Assembly (NCBI GenBank): GCA_964475945.1
Contig: CAYYYF010000011.1
Location: 1 to 24,000 of the forward strand
DNA from: an uncultured Nitrosopumilales archaeon
Lineage (GTDB): Archaea > Thermoproteota > Nitrososphaeria > Nitrososphaerales > Nitrosocaldaceae
DNA: 24,000 nucleotides
Direction: 5' to 3'
Positions 7,410-16,792 of the stretch are shown one piece after another. A model generated the notes under the pieces. It saw only the letters and a program-made list of their open reading frames with translations. It had not been told where the DNA came from and did not search any database. The position numbers and the translations under genes were made by a program. Numbering within the stretch: position 1 is the first letter of the stretch; every line of letters starts with the position of its first letter.

Positions 7410-8510
7410 ATGTTTATGAGATATGTTATGGTTGGTAAGGTAAAGTTTGGTATTCAGAACGGTCTAAATGTAGCAAGGCTTGAGTTAGGGGAGGAACAGC
7501 AACTTATGGCATATATTCTTGCTGATAAACTAGGATATGACTCTGTATGGAGTATGGATCATACCAATGTCCCTCAATGGCCTAATGCTATAGTTAATGA
7601 TGCTTGGATACTACTTGCAGCAGCATCACAAGTAACAAGTAATGTCATGCTGGGTACATGTGTTACAGATGCTATTAGAAGACATCCGTCTATTGTGGCA
7701 TTGCAGACTATAACACTTGATAGGGTATCCAAGGGTAGGGCAATACTAGGGATAGGAGCAGGGGAGGCTCAGAATATAAATGACTTTGGTATACAATGGG
7801 ATAAACCAGTATCTAGGCTAGAGGAGCAGTTACAGGTAATAAGGCTGCTATTTGAGTCATCACCAGAGCATAGGGTTAGTTTTGAGGGCAAGTTCTATAC
7901 CCTAAAGAATGCCTGCCTGCAAGCAAAGAGCATACAGCAGCCTAGACCTCCTATATACGTAGCAGCAGGTGCTCAAAGAACACTGGAGATAACAGCAAAG
8001 TATGGTGATGGTTGGTTACCTATAGCATATACACCAGAGTTGTATGAGTATCATTCAAGGATAATAGCAGAGAAGGCCAAGGAGCATAATAGAGAGGATA
8101 ACATAGAGAGGTGCTTAGACTTTGATGTATACTTTACAGATGACCCAGAGGAGTCATGGCTAAGGTTAAGGAGTGCGTTGAAGGTTAGTCTCTACAAACC
8201 AGAGCTCTTGAAGGTGTATGGTATGGAGCCTCCTAAGGACTTTGACTTTAGGCAGTACTTTACAGAGTATGCTATGTCAAAGCCTGAGCTTATGCAGAAG
8301 ATGCGTGAGGCAGCACAGCAGATACCAGATAGCATAGCAAGGTCTGCCATAGGCTTAGGTAAGCCTGATGATATAATACCTGCTATAGAGAGGTTCATAA
8401 AGGCTGGTGTGCAACACTTCATAATAAGGTTCTGGGGTGAGGGATACTACAAGAATATAGAGCTCTTTGGTAGGAAGGTGATACCATACTTTAATGGTGT
8501 TAAGAGATAG
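7410..8510 (+). CDS. Luciferase-like monooxygenase (LLM) family flavin/F420-dependent oxidoreductase
   Basis: KFGIQ.., GYDSVW..DH, LGT.VT....RHP...A....TLD..S.GR..LGIGAG, PPIYVAA are LLM/Mer-like blocks. Alternative starts are at 7416 and 7428 (MVGKVKFGIQ). Confidence 0.8.
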   Translation: MFMRYVMVGKVKFGIQNGLNVARLELGEEQQLMAYILADKLGYDSVWSMDHTNVPQWPNAIVNDAWILLAAASQVTSNVMLGTCVTDAIRRHPSIVALQTITLDRVSKGRAILGIGAGEAQNINDFGIQWDKPVSRLEEQLQVIRLLFESSPEHRVSFEGKFYTLKNACLQAKSIQQPRPPIYVAAGAQRTLEITAKYGDGWLPIAYTPELYEYHSRIIAEKAKEHNREDNIERCLDFDVYFTDDPEESWLRLRSALKVSLYKPELLKVYGMEPPKDFDFRQYFTEYAMSKPELMQKMREAAQQIPDSIARSAIGLGKPDDIIPAIERFIKAGVQHFIIRFWGEGYYKNIELFGRKVIPYFNGVKR

Positions 8511-9285
8511 CATTGTAGCGCAGATACCTTATCTCTGGGAACCTCTTTACTGTAACCTCAACATCTATTATATATGGGGTAAGATAATCCAGCACATGAT
8601 TAAACTCCTTGAGTATAGGGCTCTTAACCACAGGGTTCTCATTCAATGGATTACCATATGTCAATGGAGATAATGATGGCAATACAATTAAACTTACCCT
8701 TCTATCATTTATCATTATGCTGCCATGTAAGAATGCTTTGAACCTATGCTTTGAGCCTATATCATCCTTTAATACTATGCATGGATGCTCATGCCCCATC
8801 ACCACCCCTTTAATATTGTAATCTTTCATAATGCTATTAAGATCTATGTTAATATGGCCATGTATTAGTAATAGATCATCATAGATAAGATAGGGATCAT
8901 GTAGCCTAACATTAAGTTCATTCAATATGTATATTATATAGTTATCATGGTTACCCCTTACAACCTCTAGATCAGCCTTAGCATCATTTAATAAATATAC
9001 TAGTCTTTTTAATGAATACCATTCATCCCTACTAGGCTTACCAAACTCATGCTTAACATCTCCTAGTATTATAACCTTCTTGCATGCAAACTCCCTTACT
9101 GGCTTTAGTATACACTCTATTATGTGATCTGTTATTGGATATGGTATATGTATGCCTAATCTCTCCCTATGCTCCTCTAACCCTAGATGCGTATCAGCAA
9201 AGAGCAGTGTGCTTCTCTCCTCTAGCAGTATGCAAGGATAAGGGCTTACTATGCTTATCCCTTCCTCTAACCTTATCAGCTCCAA
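8500..9285 (-). CDS. Calcineurin-like metallophosphoesterase (archaeal SbcD/Mre11-related stand-alone family)
   Basis: LLFADTHLG.E, ILGDVKHEF, VRGNHD, IHGH, MGHEHP are the classic metallophosphoesterase motifs I-V. Confidence 0.8.
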   Translation of the reverse strand: MELIRLEEGISIVSPYPCILLEERSTLLFADTHLGLEEHRERLGIHIPYPITDHIIECILKPVREFACKKVIILGDVKHEFGKPSRDEWYSLKRLVYLLNDAKADLEVVRGNHDNYIIYILNELNVRLHDPYLIYDDLLLIHGHINIDLNSIMKDYNIKGVVMGHEHPCIVLKDDIGSKHRFKAFLHGSIMINDRRVSLIVLPSLSPLTYGNPLNENPVVKSPILKEFNHVLDYLTPYIIDVEVTVKRFPEIRYLRYNAIS

Positions 9286-9334
9286 TGCATATTCAATTAC
9301 TCTTGCAATATATTTTTATTATTCTTCACTTTGA

Positions 9335-10261
9335 ATGAAAGGTATGATACTACAAGAGTTCCCCTACGTATGGCTTGATGGTAATATGATAGAGTACAAG
9401 GATGCAAAGGTTCCTCTCATGACCCATGCACTGCACTATGGCACAAGTGTGATAGAAGGTGTTAGGGCATACATCTCAGATAGCAACCTTTACGTATTCA
9501 GGCTAGAGGATCATATAAAGAGATTATTCAGATCAGCAAGCATACACTCTATACCATTAAGATTCGGTGTCAAGGATGTGATAGATGGTGTAATTGAACT
9601 GCTAAGGAAGAATAATGTAAGGGAGTCATGCTATATAAGGCCTATAGCATTTGTAGGGATGCATGGCATAGACCTCTATGTTAGAGAGGACTCTCCTACC
9701 CATATAGCAATAATGGTATTCAAGTTCGGCGAATACTTGAACTCAAAGGGGATAAGGTGTATGGTATCGTCATGGCGTAGGATAAACGACTCATCTCTAC
9801 CCCCGTTAGCGAAGGCTGGGGCAAACTACCTTAACTCAGTTATTGCTACACAGGAGTGTAAGAGGAGAGGGTATGATGAGGCTATACTGCTTGATAACAA
9901 TGGATATGTTAGTGAGGCACCAGGGGAGAATGTCTTCATAGTAAGGAATGGCAAGATCTCAACCCCTCCAGTATCCTCCTGTGTCTTAGAGGGTATAACA
10001 AGGGATACTGCTATGACCCTTGCTAGGGATATGGGCTATGAGGTTGTAGAGCGTGCAATACCTAGGAGTGAGTTATATATAGCAGATGAGATATTCCTAA
10101 CTGGAACTGCAGCAGAGATAACTCCAGTTATAAGCATAGATGATCATATGGTAGGGGATGGTAAGGAAGGTATAGTATGCAAGAGTATAAGGGAGATGTA
10201 TGCAAAGGTAGTTAGAGGAATGGTTGAGGCTTATGAGTACTGGGTTATACCTGTATGGTAA
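9335..10261 (+). CDS. ilvE: Branched-chain amino acid aminotransferase (PLP fold type IV)
   Basis: VWLDG.....DAKV.....ALHYG..V.EG.RAY, YIRP, KA.ANY..S..A..E....GYDEAI.LD..G.V.E....N.F.V..G...TP, EGITR, E.F.TGTAAE..PV. Confidence 0.9.
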   Translation: MKGMILQEFPYVWLDGNMIEYKDAKVPLMTHALHYGTSVIEGVRAYISDSNLYVFRLEDHIKRLFRSASIHSIPLRFGVKDVIDGVIELLRKNNVRESCYIRPIAFVGMHGIDLYVREDSPTHIAIMVFKFGEYLNSKGIRCMVSSWRRINDSSLPPLAKAGANYLNSVIATQECKRRGYDEAILLDNNGYVSEAPGENVFIVRNGKISTPPVSSCVLEGITRDTAMTLARDMGYEVVERAIPRSELYIADEIFLTGTAAEITPVISIDDHMVGDGKEGIVCKSIREMYAKVVRGMVEAYEYWVIPVW

Positions 10262-10276
10262 TATAATTGGATTGAT

Positions 10277-11266
10277 ATGGCAAGGGTATGCCTTATAGGC
10301 TGTAGTGACGATGCTGTAAAGTATGCAGATATACTCTATAGACTAAATTCCTTATTCTGCATATATGATGATGATCAAAGCAATGTAGAAGAATTTGCAA
10401 GAAGGTATAACATACAATCATCTTATTGCTATACATCAATACAAGATGTGATGAATGATACTAGCATAGATGGAATAGTTATTACTAAAGATACCAATAT
10501 GCTAGAATTTATGAAGGAGATGGTTAATCATATGAGAAAGGATAATGGTAGAAGAAAGAGCATGCATATACTTGTAAATGACATAGATGATTATAACAAG
10601 TGTAAAGAGATGAATGCTATAATAAATAGCAGTAAGGTTGTTCTAATGCCATGCTACCTAGAATACTTCAATCCAATAATTGAGGGGGTTAAGCATACTA
10701 TAACAACTAAAGGTTATAACCCTATATTATTAGCATTAGAGGGTAGCATAGCATATAGCAATGAGAAGCAGTCTGCTATTAAAACTGTTATGCATGATTA
10801 TATAACCACACTTACCTATCTAATCAAAGAGTTGCCAAGTTATGTATCTAGTGTAAGTATGAGCAAGGATGATAACGAACTTGTTGCATCTTTATTAGTA
10901 TATTCAAGATCCAAGTTAATAGCAGAGATTACAGTAAGAGTGGTTAAAGATAAAAATGAGGGAGAGGGTAGTGATAATGCTAAAGTTATTGAAGGAATGC
11001 AATATAGAAGGCTTAAGATAATATGCACTAATGGCACAGTATTAGATATAAATCCTTTGGAGGAAGAGTCAAAGATGGACTATAATATTGTAAGAAAAGA
11101 GCATATAGATAAATTGTATCTATTGATAAGTAACTTTATTGATGCGATAGACGGTAAGAATAAGTTAAAGGTTACAATGGATGATACATTGTTGGTTGAG
11201 AAGATTAAAGATGCTATAGCATTATCTGCAAGGCTAGGCTCCCCAATATACATTGGAGATAGATAG
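10277..11266 (+). CDS. Divergent Gfo/Idh/MocA-like (Rossmann + alpha/beta C-domain) protein lacking a recognisable dinucleotide-binding glycine motif
   Basis: The layout resembles Gfo/Idh/MocA: RVCLIGCS..A..YA, ..FA.RYNI...Y.S.QDV..D.SIDGIVI.T. The C-terminal end D..L.....I.DA.ALSARLGSPIYI also fits. GxGxxG is replaced by IGCSDDA and the EKP motif is absent. By eye it is AT-richer than its neighbours. The family call is tentative. Confidence 0.4.
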   Translation: MARVCLIGCSDDAVKYADILYRLNSLFCIYDDDQSNVEEFARRYNIQSSYCYTSIQDVMNDTSIDGIVITKDTNMLEFMKEMVNHMRKDNGRRKSMHILVNDIDDYNKCKEMNAIINSSKVVLMPCYLEYFNPIIEGVKHTITTKGYNPILLALEGSIAYSNEKQSAIKTVMHDYITTLTYLIKELPSYVSSVSMSKDDNELVASLLVYSRSKLIAEITVRVVKDKNEGEGSDNAKVIEGMQYRRLKIICTNGTVLDINPLEEESKMDYNIVRKEHIDKLYLLISNFIDAIDGKNKLKVTMDDTLLVEKIKDAIALSARLGSPIYIGDR

Positions 11267-11311
11267 TTAGATGAATTTAACATAATATATTAGTTAATAC
11301 ATAGATGGATT

Positions 11312-11560
11312 ATGAAGAGATGGATGCTTAATATAATTGCATGCCCAATAGATAAGAGTTATCCCTTAGAGTTAAGAGAATTCAGATCCAATGATGAAGA
11401 TGTTGTAGAGGGCGTGTTAATATGCTTAAGGTGCAATAGGATCTATCCAATAGTAGAGGGTATACCGTTACTGCTGAAAGAGGAGTTAAGGGATAAGGAG
11501 ATTGAGCAAGTGTTCATGGAACGTTGGAAGGATGAGATTAGTAAGATAATCAGTAATTGA
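11312..11560 (+). CDS. Trm112-family small protein (methyltransferase activator, DUF343)
   Basis: LLNIIACP..K..L.L........EG.LIC..C.R.YPI.EGIP.LL is the Trm112 signature. The first Cys pair is degenerate. Confidence 0.75.
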   Translation: MKRWMLNIIACPIDKSYPLELREFRSNDEDVVEGVLICLRCNRIYPIVEGIPLLLKEELRDKEIEQVFMERWKDEISKIISN

Positions 11561-12956
11561 ATTGATTTGGTTGATTAGCATGATGCTTTATGATCAATGC
11601 TAGTGCAAAAGATGCAAACCCAATCACTACAGATATTAGGAATATTATATTATATGCACTATTAATAGGATAAACGTTTCCATTTCTAGGATCATGTATG
11701 CTGTATATATGCATTATAACACCTGCAACAGCAGGGCCAATGGCTGAACCTACTATTCTAAGCATCTGTGTTATACCTTGAGTTGCAGCAAGATACTCGC
11801 GTGGTACACTGGTTATTAATATATTCATTCCCCCAACGTTCATAAGTGATAACCCTGCTGCTGTTAATGCTAGTATACTAGCCAATGCTAAGGTTGATTC
11901 ATGGTATTGGAGAAGTAGAATAAATGATGATACTGTAATCATGCTCCCTAGTATTAAGGGTTTAATTGATCCAAGCCTTGGTATTATGAAACCTGTTACA
12001 GGACCAACTATAAGTAGGGTAAGAGAGAATGGTAGCTGGATATTAATAAAATCAAACTCATTACCATTCAAGCCATAAGGCATAGGGCTCTTTATGAGTA
12101 TTGGTATAGTCTGGAATATCATGAACATAGATAAACCAACTAGCATTATCATTATGTTTGCTGGCAGGAGAATCTTATTAAGGAATACCTTGCTATCTAT
12201 CAAAGGCTTCTTAGAGTTCTTCTCCCTAATTATAAATAATACAAAGAATAGCAAGAAAAGTATGAACAATGTCAAGTAGGTTGTTTGATAACTATATTCT
12301 GCAAGGTATGTTACTGCTACAAGAAATGTTACTATTGTTAGTGCAAGTAAGATGCTACTCTTTACATCTATTATCTTCCCTCTACTATCTATATCTTTAG
12401 GTTCTTTAATAGTTATGAATCTGTTTATAAGAATTATAAGGGCAATTGTTATAGGCATTATTGATATAAATGTGCTCTTCCAGCCATAGTAATGCACTAT
12501 ACTTGCACCTACAAGCAAGCCAAGTATAGAACCTATAGCAAACATGGAGCTTATGAACCCTTGTCCTATGGATATCTTACTGCTAGGCAGCGTCTCCCTT
12601 ACTATGCTAAATGCTAAAGGGAACATAGCAATACCTAAACCTTGTATGCTCCTTGCAATCAACAACATGTATATGCTGCTAGATACAAAACCTATGACTA
12701 ACCCAATAAGGTATATACACATTATTACAATAAGCACATGCTTCTTACCATAGATATCTGCTATCCTTCCTATTATTGGAGCCATAACAGCCCCAACTAT
12801 AAGGTATATTGTAAGTATCCATGCTGAGATATTGTATGTTAGCCTAAACTCTTGTATGATATCTGGTATTGCTGGTACCAGCATGGTCTCAGCGAACATA
12901 ACCATAGTAGCAAGGGAGCTGAGAAGTATTATTATCCTCCATACATGGTTAATCAT
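11550..12956 (-). CDS. MFS transporter (14-TMS drug:H+ antiporter-like)
   Basis: 468 aa and highly hydrophobic, with the GRIADIYGKK MFS motif A after TM2 and about 14 predicted helices. Confidence 0.85.
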   Translation of the reverse strand: MINHVWRIIILLSSLATMVMFAETMLVPAIPDIIQEFRLTYNISAWILTIYLIVGAVMAPIIGRIADIYGKKHVLIVIMCIYLIGLVIGFVSSSIYMLLIARSIQGLGIAMFPLAFSIVRETLPSSKISIGQGFISSMFAIGSILGLLVGASIVHYYGWKSTFISIMPITIALIILINRFITIKEPKDIDSRGKIIDVKSSILLALTIVTFLVAVTYLAEYSYQTTYLTLFILFLLFFVLFIIREKNSKKPLIDSKVFLNKILLPANIMIMLVGLSMFMIFQTIPILIKSPMPYGLNGNEFDFINIQLPFSLTLLIVGPVTGFIIPRLGSIKPLILGSMITVSSFILLLQYHESTLALASILALTAAGLSLMNVGGMNILITSVPREYLAATQGITQMLRIVGSAIGPAVAGVIMHIYSIHDPRNGNVYPINSAYNIIFLISVVIGFASFALALIIKHHANQPNQFNY

Positions 12957-12980
12957 CAGTAATTTAGATAAATTTTCATA

Positions 12981-12989
12981 ATATATAAA
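12981..12989 (-). promoter_or_regulatory. TATA box for the MFS transporter gene
   Basis: The minus-strand tttatatat lies about 27 nt upstream of the ATG at 12956. Confidence 0.45.
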
Positions 12990-13005
12990 TATAACCTTCT
13001 ATTTC

Positions 13006-13653
13006 CTAACGCTTAAAGAGTCTCTCGAGGAGTTCTTTTGTATATACATACTTATTACTCTCCTTAATAATACTTGCCATAGTATAAAGATCATCCGCCT
13101 CATCTATATCATACATCAACCCTTTGCATAATAGTATCTTTACCCTTACACCCTTCTCCATAGCCTCTTTTACATGCAGTGTATAACTATCCTCATCATA
13201 ATGCGTGTTTATAATAAAGGGGTTCCTCCTTAGAAGTGCATTAGTGCCATCAAATCTATGTGAAGGTGTTATCACTACACATTCTCTGCTATAAAGAGCA
13301 GAGTTGTAAAGCATTGCTACATCAAGGTTGCTTATCAATGGTATATCATGAGGCAATACCACACTTGCATCATAACCCTTCACATAATCATTGGCAATGG
13401 ATACGGCATGATTAACCCCTTTATCCTTATCTTGTATAACTACTGCTTTATAACTATATGCTATCTCTTTAACGGTATCATCAGATGTTATAACAAATAC
13501 ACTGCTTACATACTTCGAGTATGAGAGTGTAGAGAGGAGATCCTTTAGCATAGCAACTGATAACATTACCCTCTCTTCATTGCTGAGCACTTCAGCAAGT
13601 CTACTCTTACTCTTATCAAGCCTCTTAACAGGTATTATTGCACATAGCCTCAT
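13006..13653 (-). CDS. cofC: 2-phospho-L-lactate guanylyltransferase (F420 biosynthesis CofC)
   Basis: MRLCAIIPVKRLDKSKSRLAEVLSNEER..L..AML.D.L and DIP..S..D are CofC-like. ATG 13653 is preferred; the track start at 13677 is a GTG overlapping cofD. Confidence 0.8.
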   Translation of the reverse strand: MRLCAIIPVKRLDKSKSRLAEVLSNEERVMLSVAMLKDLLSTLSYSKYVSSVFVITSDDTVKEIAYSYKAVVIQDKDKGVNHAVSIANDYVKGYDASVVLPHDIPLISNLDVAMLYNSALYSRECVVITPSHRFDGTNALLRRNPFIINTHYDEDSYTLHVKEAMEKGVRVKILLCKGLMYDIDEADDLYTMASIIKESNKYVYTKELLERLFKR

Positions 13654-13669
13654 GTTAGCATCAATGCTA

Positions 13670-14581
13670 TTATACACTTAATAGAAACCTTGCTAACCTA
13701 AGTTCAGATTCCTCATCATGCATAAGTATATCGGTTACATGAACCTTTATGCCTAGTGCTTCAATAGCATCCTTATACTTTACATCTTCTTTATCTATAA
13801 CTAGTGCAGATATAATATCATTATACATCTTTGCTATTGAGAATACATTAACATCGTAACCTAATGCACGTATATACTTACTTGCAGGTCCACTTACTGG
13901 ACTACCTCCTACTATTGGACTTACTGCTATACACTTGCTCCTATTTGCATTTAATACCTTCCTTATACCTTGTATGGCAAGTATTGCCCCTATGCTACTA
14001 ACAGGATTTGCTGGTGCAATTATAACCTTATCGCTAGAGTTTATAGCCTTCAAGGCTTCATAACATGCTTTAGCATCTCCCTTGTATACTATACCCTTTA
14101 CATCAGGCAAGGCTTTATACTTTACCCAGAACTCTTGCAGATGCATTTCTCCTTGCTCAGTTAAGATCCTAGTCTCAAGTGTATCGTTACTTGCAGGTAT
14201 CACATCTGCATATATACCTAGTTTATAGCATATATGTTTAGTTACCTCTCTGAGGCTCTTACCTTCCCTTAGCATCCTACTCCTTACAATATGTAATGCT
14301 AGATCCTTATCCCCAAGAGCAAACCAATTATCCTCTCCAAGGAGTCTTAGCTGTTCTAGGCAATTGAATGTATCACCATTAACCCCCCATCCTTTGCTTG
14401 TATCAAGCATGTTAGCAAGACCATACACTACAGTATCTACATCTGGACATATATAAAGCCCGTGAAGCCATATATTATCCCCTACGTTGCATACTATGCT
14501 TATATCTCTAGTTAACTTGTATAATGCCCTAACCAATTTAATAGAACCTGTGCCACCAGCAAGTACTGTTATCTTGCTCAT
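13670..14581 (-). CDS. cofD: LPPG:FO 2-phospho-L-lactate transferase (F420 biosynthesis CofD)
   Basis: KITVLAGGTGS.KL..., V.NVGDN.W.HGLYI.PD.DTV.Y, GD.D.A.H, I.PANP..SIG.IL, AVSPIVGG.PVSGPA: strong CofD blocks. Confidence 0.9.
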   Translation of the reverse strand: MSKITVLAGGTGSIKLVRALYKLTRDISIVCNVGDNIWLHGLYICPDVDTVVYGLANMLDTSKGWGVNGDTFNCLEQLRLLGEDNWFALGDKDLALHIVRSRMLREGKSLREVTKHICYKLGIYADVIPASNDTLETRILTEQGEMHLQEFWVKYKALPDVKGIVYKGDAKACYEALKAINSSDKVIIAPANPVSSIGAILAIQGIRKVLNANRSKCIAVSPIVGGSPVSGPASKYIRALGYDVNVFSIAKMYNDIISALVIDKEDVKYKDAIEALGIKVHVTDILMHDEESELRLARFLLSV

Positions 14582-14601
14582 AGAGAAGCAATCTTAAAGA
14601 T

Positions 14602-14611
14602 CATTTATAAT
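14602..14611 (-). promoter_or_regulatory. TATA box for the cofD-cofC transcription unit
   Basis: The minus-strand attataaatg is centred about 26 nt upstream of the cofD ATG (14581). Confidence 0.45.
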
Positions 14612-14687
14612 CTTATTCTTTTATTAAGAAGAATTGAGAAAAGTAAAGTGTTTATGTAAATATACTAGAAAGCAAAAATTGAAAAAG

Positions 14688-14697
14688 TTTATAAAAA
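14688..14697 (+). promoter_or_regulatory. BRE/TATA for the 14719 secreted-protein gene
   Basis: gaaaaag-tttataaaaa is centred about 27 nt upstream of the ATG. Confidence 0.5.
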
Positions 14698-14718
14698 GAT
14701 GCTTAGTAATAAGCTACA

Positions 14719-15786
14719 ATGTATAAACGTCAAATATTAGCAGTAACGGTATCTGTAGTATTAACATTATCAGTATTACCATTAGTAAGTGCAGCACAGA
14801 TAAGAAGTGCTGAAGTATTCGCCAAGGATAACTTTGCTGGTGTTGAGTTCCTTGCTCAAAGGGTAACTACCATAGACTACTCTAATGGTGGTAGAATAAA
14901 GGATATACTAAGCAATGTCAATGAGAGATATGTGTTCAAGGCAAATGATAGCACACCAGGCATAGATTTACTTAAGCAGAAGATAAATGAGAACCTTGCT
15001 GCAATAAAATCTCCAGCAAAGGTAACAGAGATAAAAGAATTAACATATACTGTAGGATTACATGATGATAGAGGTGTTAAGGCTGTATTAGAGCAGAGCA
15101 TAAATCTAAAGGTAAGGATAGAGAATCTAGTAATGCAAGAAGCAGTTTATCAGCAACCAGCAATTATAGATCTTAACTGGAGAGGCTTTAAGGTTAATGG
15201 TGATGTGCCTATAACGTTCACAACGGATGGAGAGCAAATGATCATGGATATAAACAGTATAAAGGGCTATCTTGATGCTAGATTTCCTGAGGTTGCTAGC
15301 ATATTAAGCAAGGATAGCAATATTGCAAATATACTTAATGATCCATTGATAAACTTTGAGAGGATTAAAGAGTTGCCCATAACACAATGGCATAAGCTGA
15401 CTAATGCATTACAGAGTATGGCGGAGGCAGAGAAATGGGGTGTTAAGGAACCAGCACCTGCAGTAACAGTGGTTAGTGCTGGAGAGAGTAGTATTAGGGA
15501 GGGTGCTCATAAAGAGAAAGTGTTAACAGCAAGTGCAACAATAGATGGTAGTACCTACAATATAGAGGCTGTAGATCCACCGATAAGTGCAACGCTTGAT
15601 ATATACTACTGGGCAGAGCTTATAACAGATAGCCATGGTGATGCTGCTAAAGTATATCTACAAGAACCTCAGGGTCAGTTACAGCAGTCATCAACTGGTA
15701 ACTTCCCATTGATGGTATTGCTAGCATTTGCTGGTATGATGGGTGCAATAGCAGGCTTTGTAATATGGCGAGCAAATAAGAAGTAA
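14719..15786 (+). CDS. Secreted protein with N-terminal signal peptide and C-terminal TM anchor; unknown function
   Basis: MYKRQILAVTVSVVLTLSVLPLVSAAQ is a signal peptide. The C-terminus FPLMVLLAFAGMMGAIAGFVIWRANKK is a hydrophobic anchor with a basic tail. The TATA tttataaaaa at 14688-14697 lies about 27 nt upstream of the ATG. Confidence 0.65.
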   Translation: MYKRQILAVTVSVVLTLSVLPLVSAAQIRSAEVFAKDNFAGVEFLAQRVTTIDYSNGGRIKDILSNVNERYVFKANDSTPGIDLLKQKINENLAAIKSPAKVTEIKELTYTVGLHDDRGVKAVLEQSINLKVRIENLVMQEAVYQQPAIIDLNWRGFKVNGDVPITFTTDGEQMIMDINSIKGYLDARFPEVASILSKDSNIANILNDPLINFERIKELPITQWHKLTNALQSMAEAEKWGVKEPAPAVTVVSAGESSIREGAHKEKVLTASATIDGSTYNIEAVDPPISATLDIYYWAELITDSHGDAAKVYLQEPQGQLQQSSTGNFPLMVLLAFAGMMGAIAGFVIWRANKK

Positions 15787-15889
15787 GATAAATGATGAGT
15801 AGAAGGTAGAGTAATTATATTACTTATTTGTAGATATTTATTTTATTAAATTTTTAATTATTTCTTGCTTAAAGGATATCTACGTTAGG

Positions 15890-15897
15890 TTTAATAA
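15890..15897 (+). promoter_or_regulatory. TATA box of the ribosomal-protein operon (S19 first gene, apparently leaderless)
   Basis: tttaataa is centred about 28 nt upstream of the S19 ATG (15921). There is no SD before S19, whereas all internal genes carry GGTGA. Confidence 0.5.
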
Positions 15898-15920
15898 GGT
15901 ATGTATATATTCATGCAGAT

Positions 15921-16313
15921 ATGGTAAAGGAGTTCAAGTATAGGGGTAAGACACTACAAGAGTTGCAGAATATGAATATAGAAGAGTTGATAGACCTCCT
16001 ACCCTCAAGGATAAGAAGAAGTCTAAGGAGAGGCTTAGGTGAAGAGAGGCTAAAGTTATTTAGGGATATAAAATCTGTATTAAATACTAAATCTAAACCT
16101 ATAAAGACACATCTACGTGATATGCCTATTCTTCCAATAATGGTTGGTTTAACTATACACGTTAACAATGGTAAGGAGTTTGTACCTGTGGAGATAAAGC
16201 CAGAGATGATAGGCCATTATCTAGGAGAGTATGCTATACCTAATAAACCAGTTAAGCATGGCACGCCTGGTATAGGGGCATCTAAATCAAGCCTCTATGT
16301 GCCATTGAAGTAG
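15921..16313 (+). CDS. rps19p: 30S ribosomal protein S19 (uS19)
   Basis: [31 protein letters not shown]...; HLRDM.ILP.MVG....[18 protein letters not shown]. Confidence 0.95.
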   Translation: MVKEFKYRGKTLQELQNMNIEELIDLLPSRIRRSLRRGLGEERLKLFRDIKSVLNTKSKPIKTHLRDMPILPIMVGLTIHVNNGKEFVPVEIKPEMIGHYLGEYAIPNKPVKHGTPGIGASKSSLYVPLK

Positions 16314-16327
16314 TGTAGGGTGATAAG

Positions 16328-16792
16328 ATGCCAGAGTTTGGTTACTCATTCAATAAATACGATAAGAGTAAGCATGTTAGAGCAAGTATAAGGGAGGTCG
16401 ATATCTCGCATAAACATGCTATAGAGATATGTAGAGCTATAAAAGGAATGAGGCTAGAGGATGCTAAAGAGTACCTTGAGAGGGTTATAGCAAAGGAGCA
16501 ACCAGTGCCATTCAGAAGTTACCATACAAAGGTAGGGCATAGATCAGAGTTAAAGGGTATCTATCCTGCAGGCAGGTATCCTGTTAAGGCAGCAGGTGAG
16601 ATACTTAAATTACTAAACAATCTAGAGGCTAACAGTGAGTATAAAGGTATGGATCTTGATAGAGTAGTTATAGTGCATGCAAATGCCTACCCTGGTGTAA
16701 AGATTAAGAAGTTCCAACCTAGGGCATTTGGTAGAAGTAGTGCAAGGTTCAACGTATTAACACATGTAGAGGTAGTAGGGAGTGAGAAGTGA
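16328..16792 (+). CDS. rpl22p: 50S ribosomal protein L22 (uL22)
   Basis: RAS.R...IS.KHA.EICRAIKGM....A..YLE.VI......PF and GRYP.KAA are typical. GGTGA SD lies 5-6 nt upstream of the ATG. Confidence 0.95.
   Translation: MPEFGYSFNKYDKSKHVRASIREVDISHKHAIEICRAIKGMRLEDAKEYLERVIAKEQPVPFRSYHTKVGHRSELKGIYPAGRYPVKAAGEILKLLNNLEANSEYKGMDLDRVVIVHANAYPGVKIKKFQPRAFGRSSARFNVLTHVEVVGSEK

Noticed and set aside
8500-8510. Recurring 11-nt gene overlaps: convergent pairs at 8500-8510 and 11550-11560, and co-directional pairs at 17972-17982 and 20971-20981.
   Set aside because: The equal length appears coincidental, the sequences at the four sites are unrelated, and compact archaeal genomes commonly show such overlaps.
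15795-15801. atgatga (C-box-like) in the spacer upstream of the ribosomal operon, as a possible C/D box sRNA.
   Set aside because: No CUGA D or D-prime box, no second C-prime box and no terminal complementarity within the following ~70 nt.
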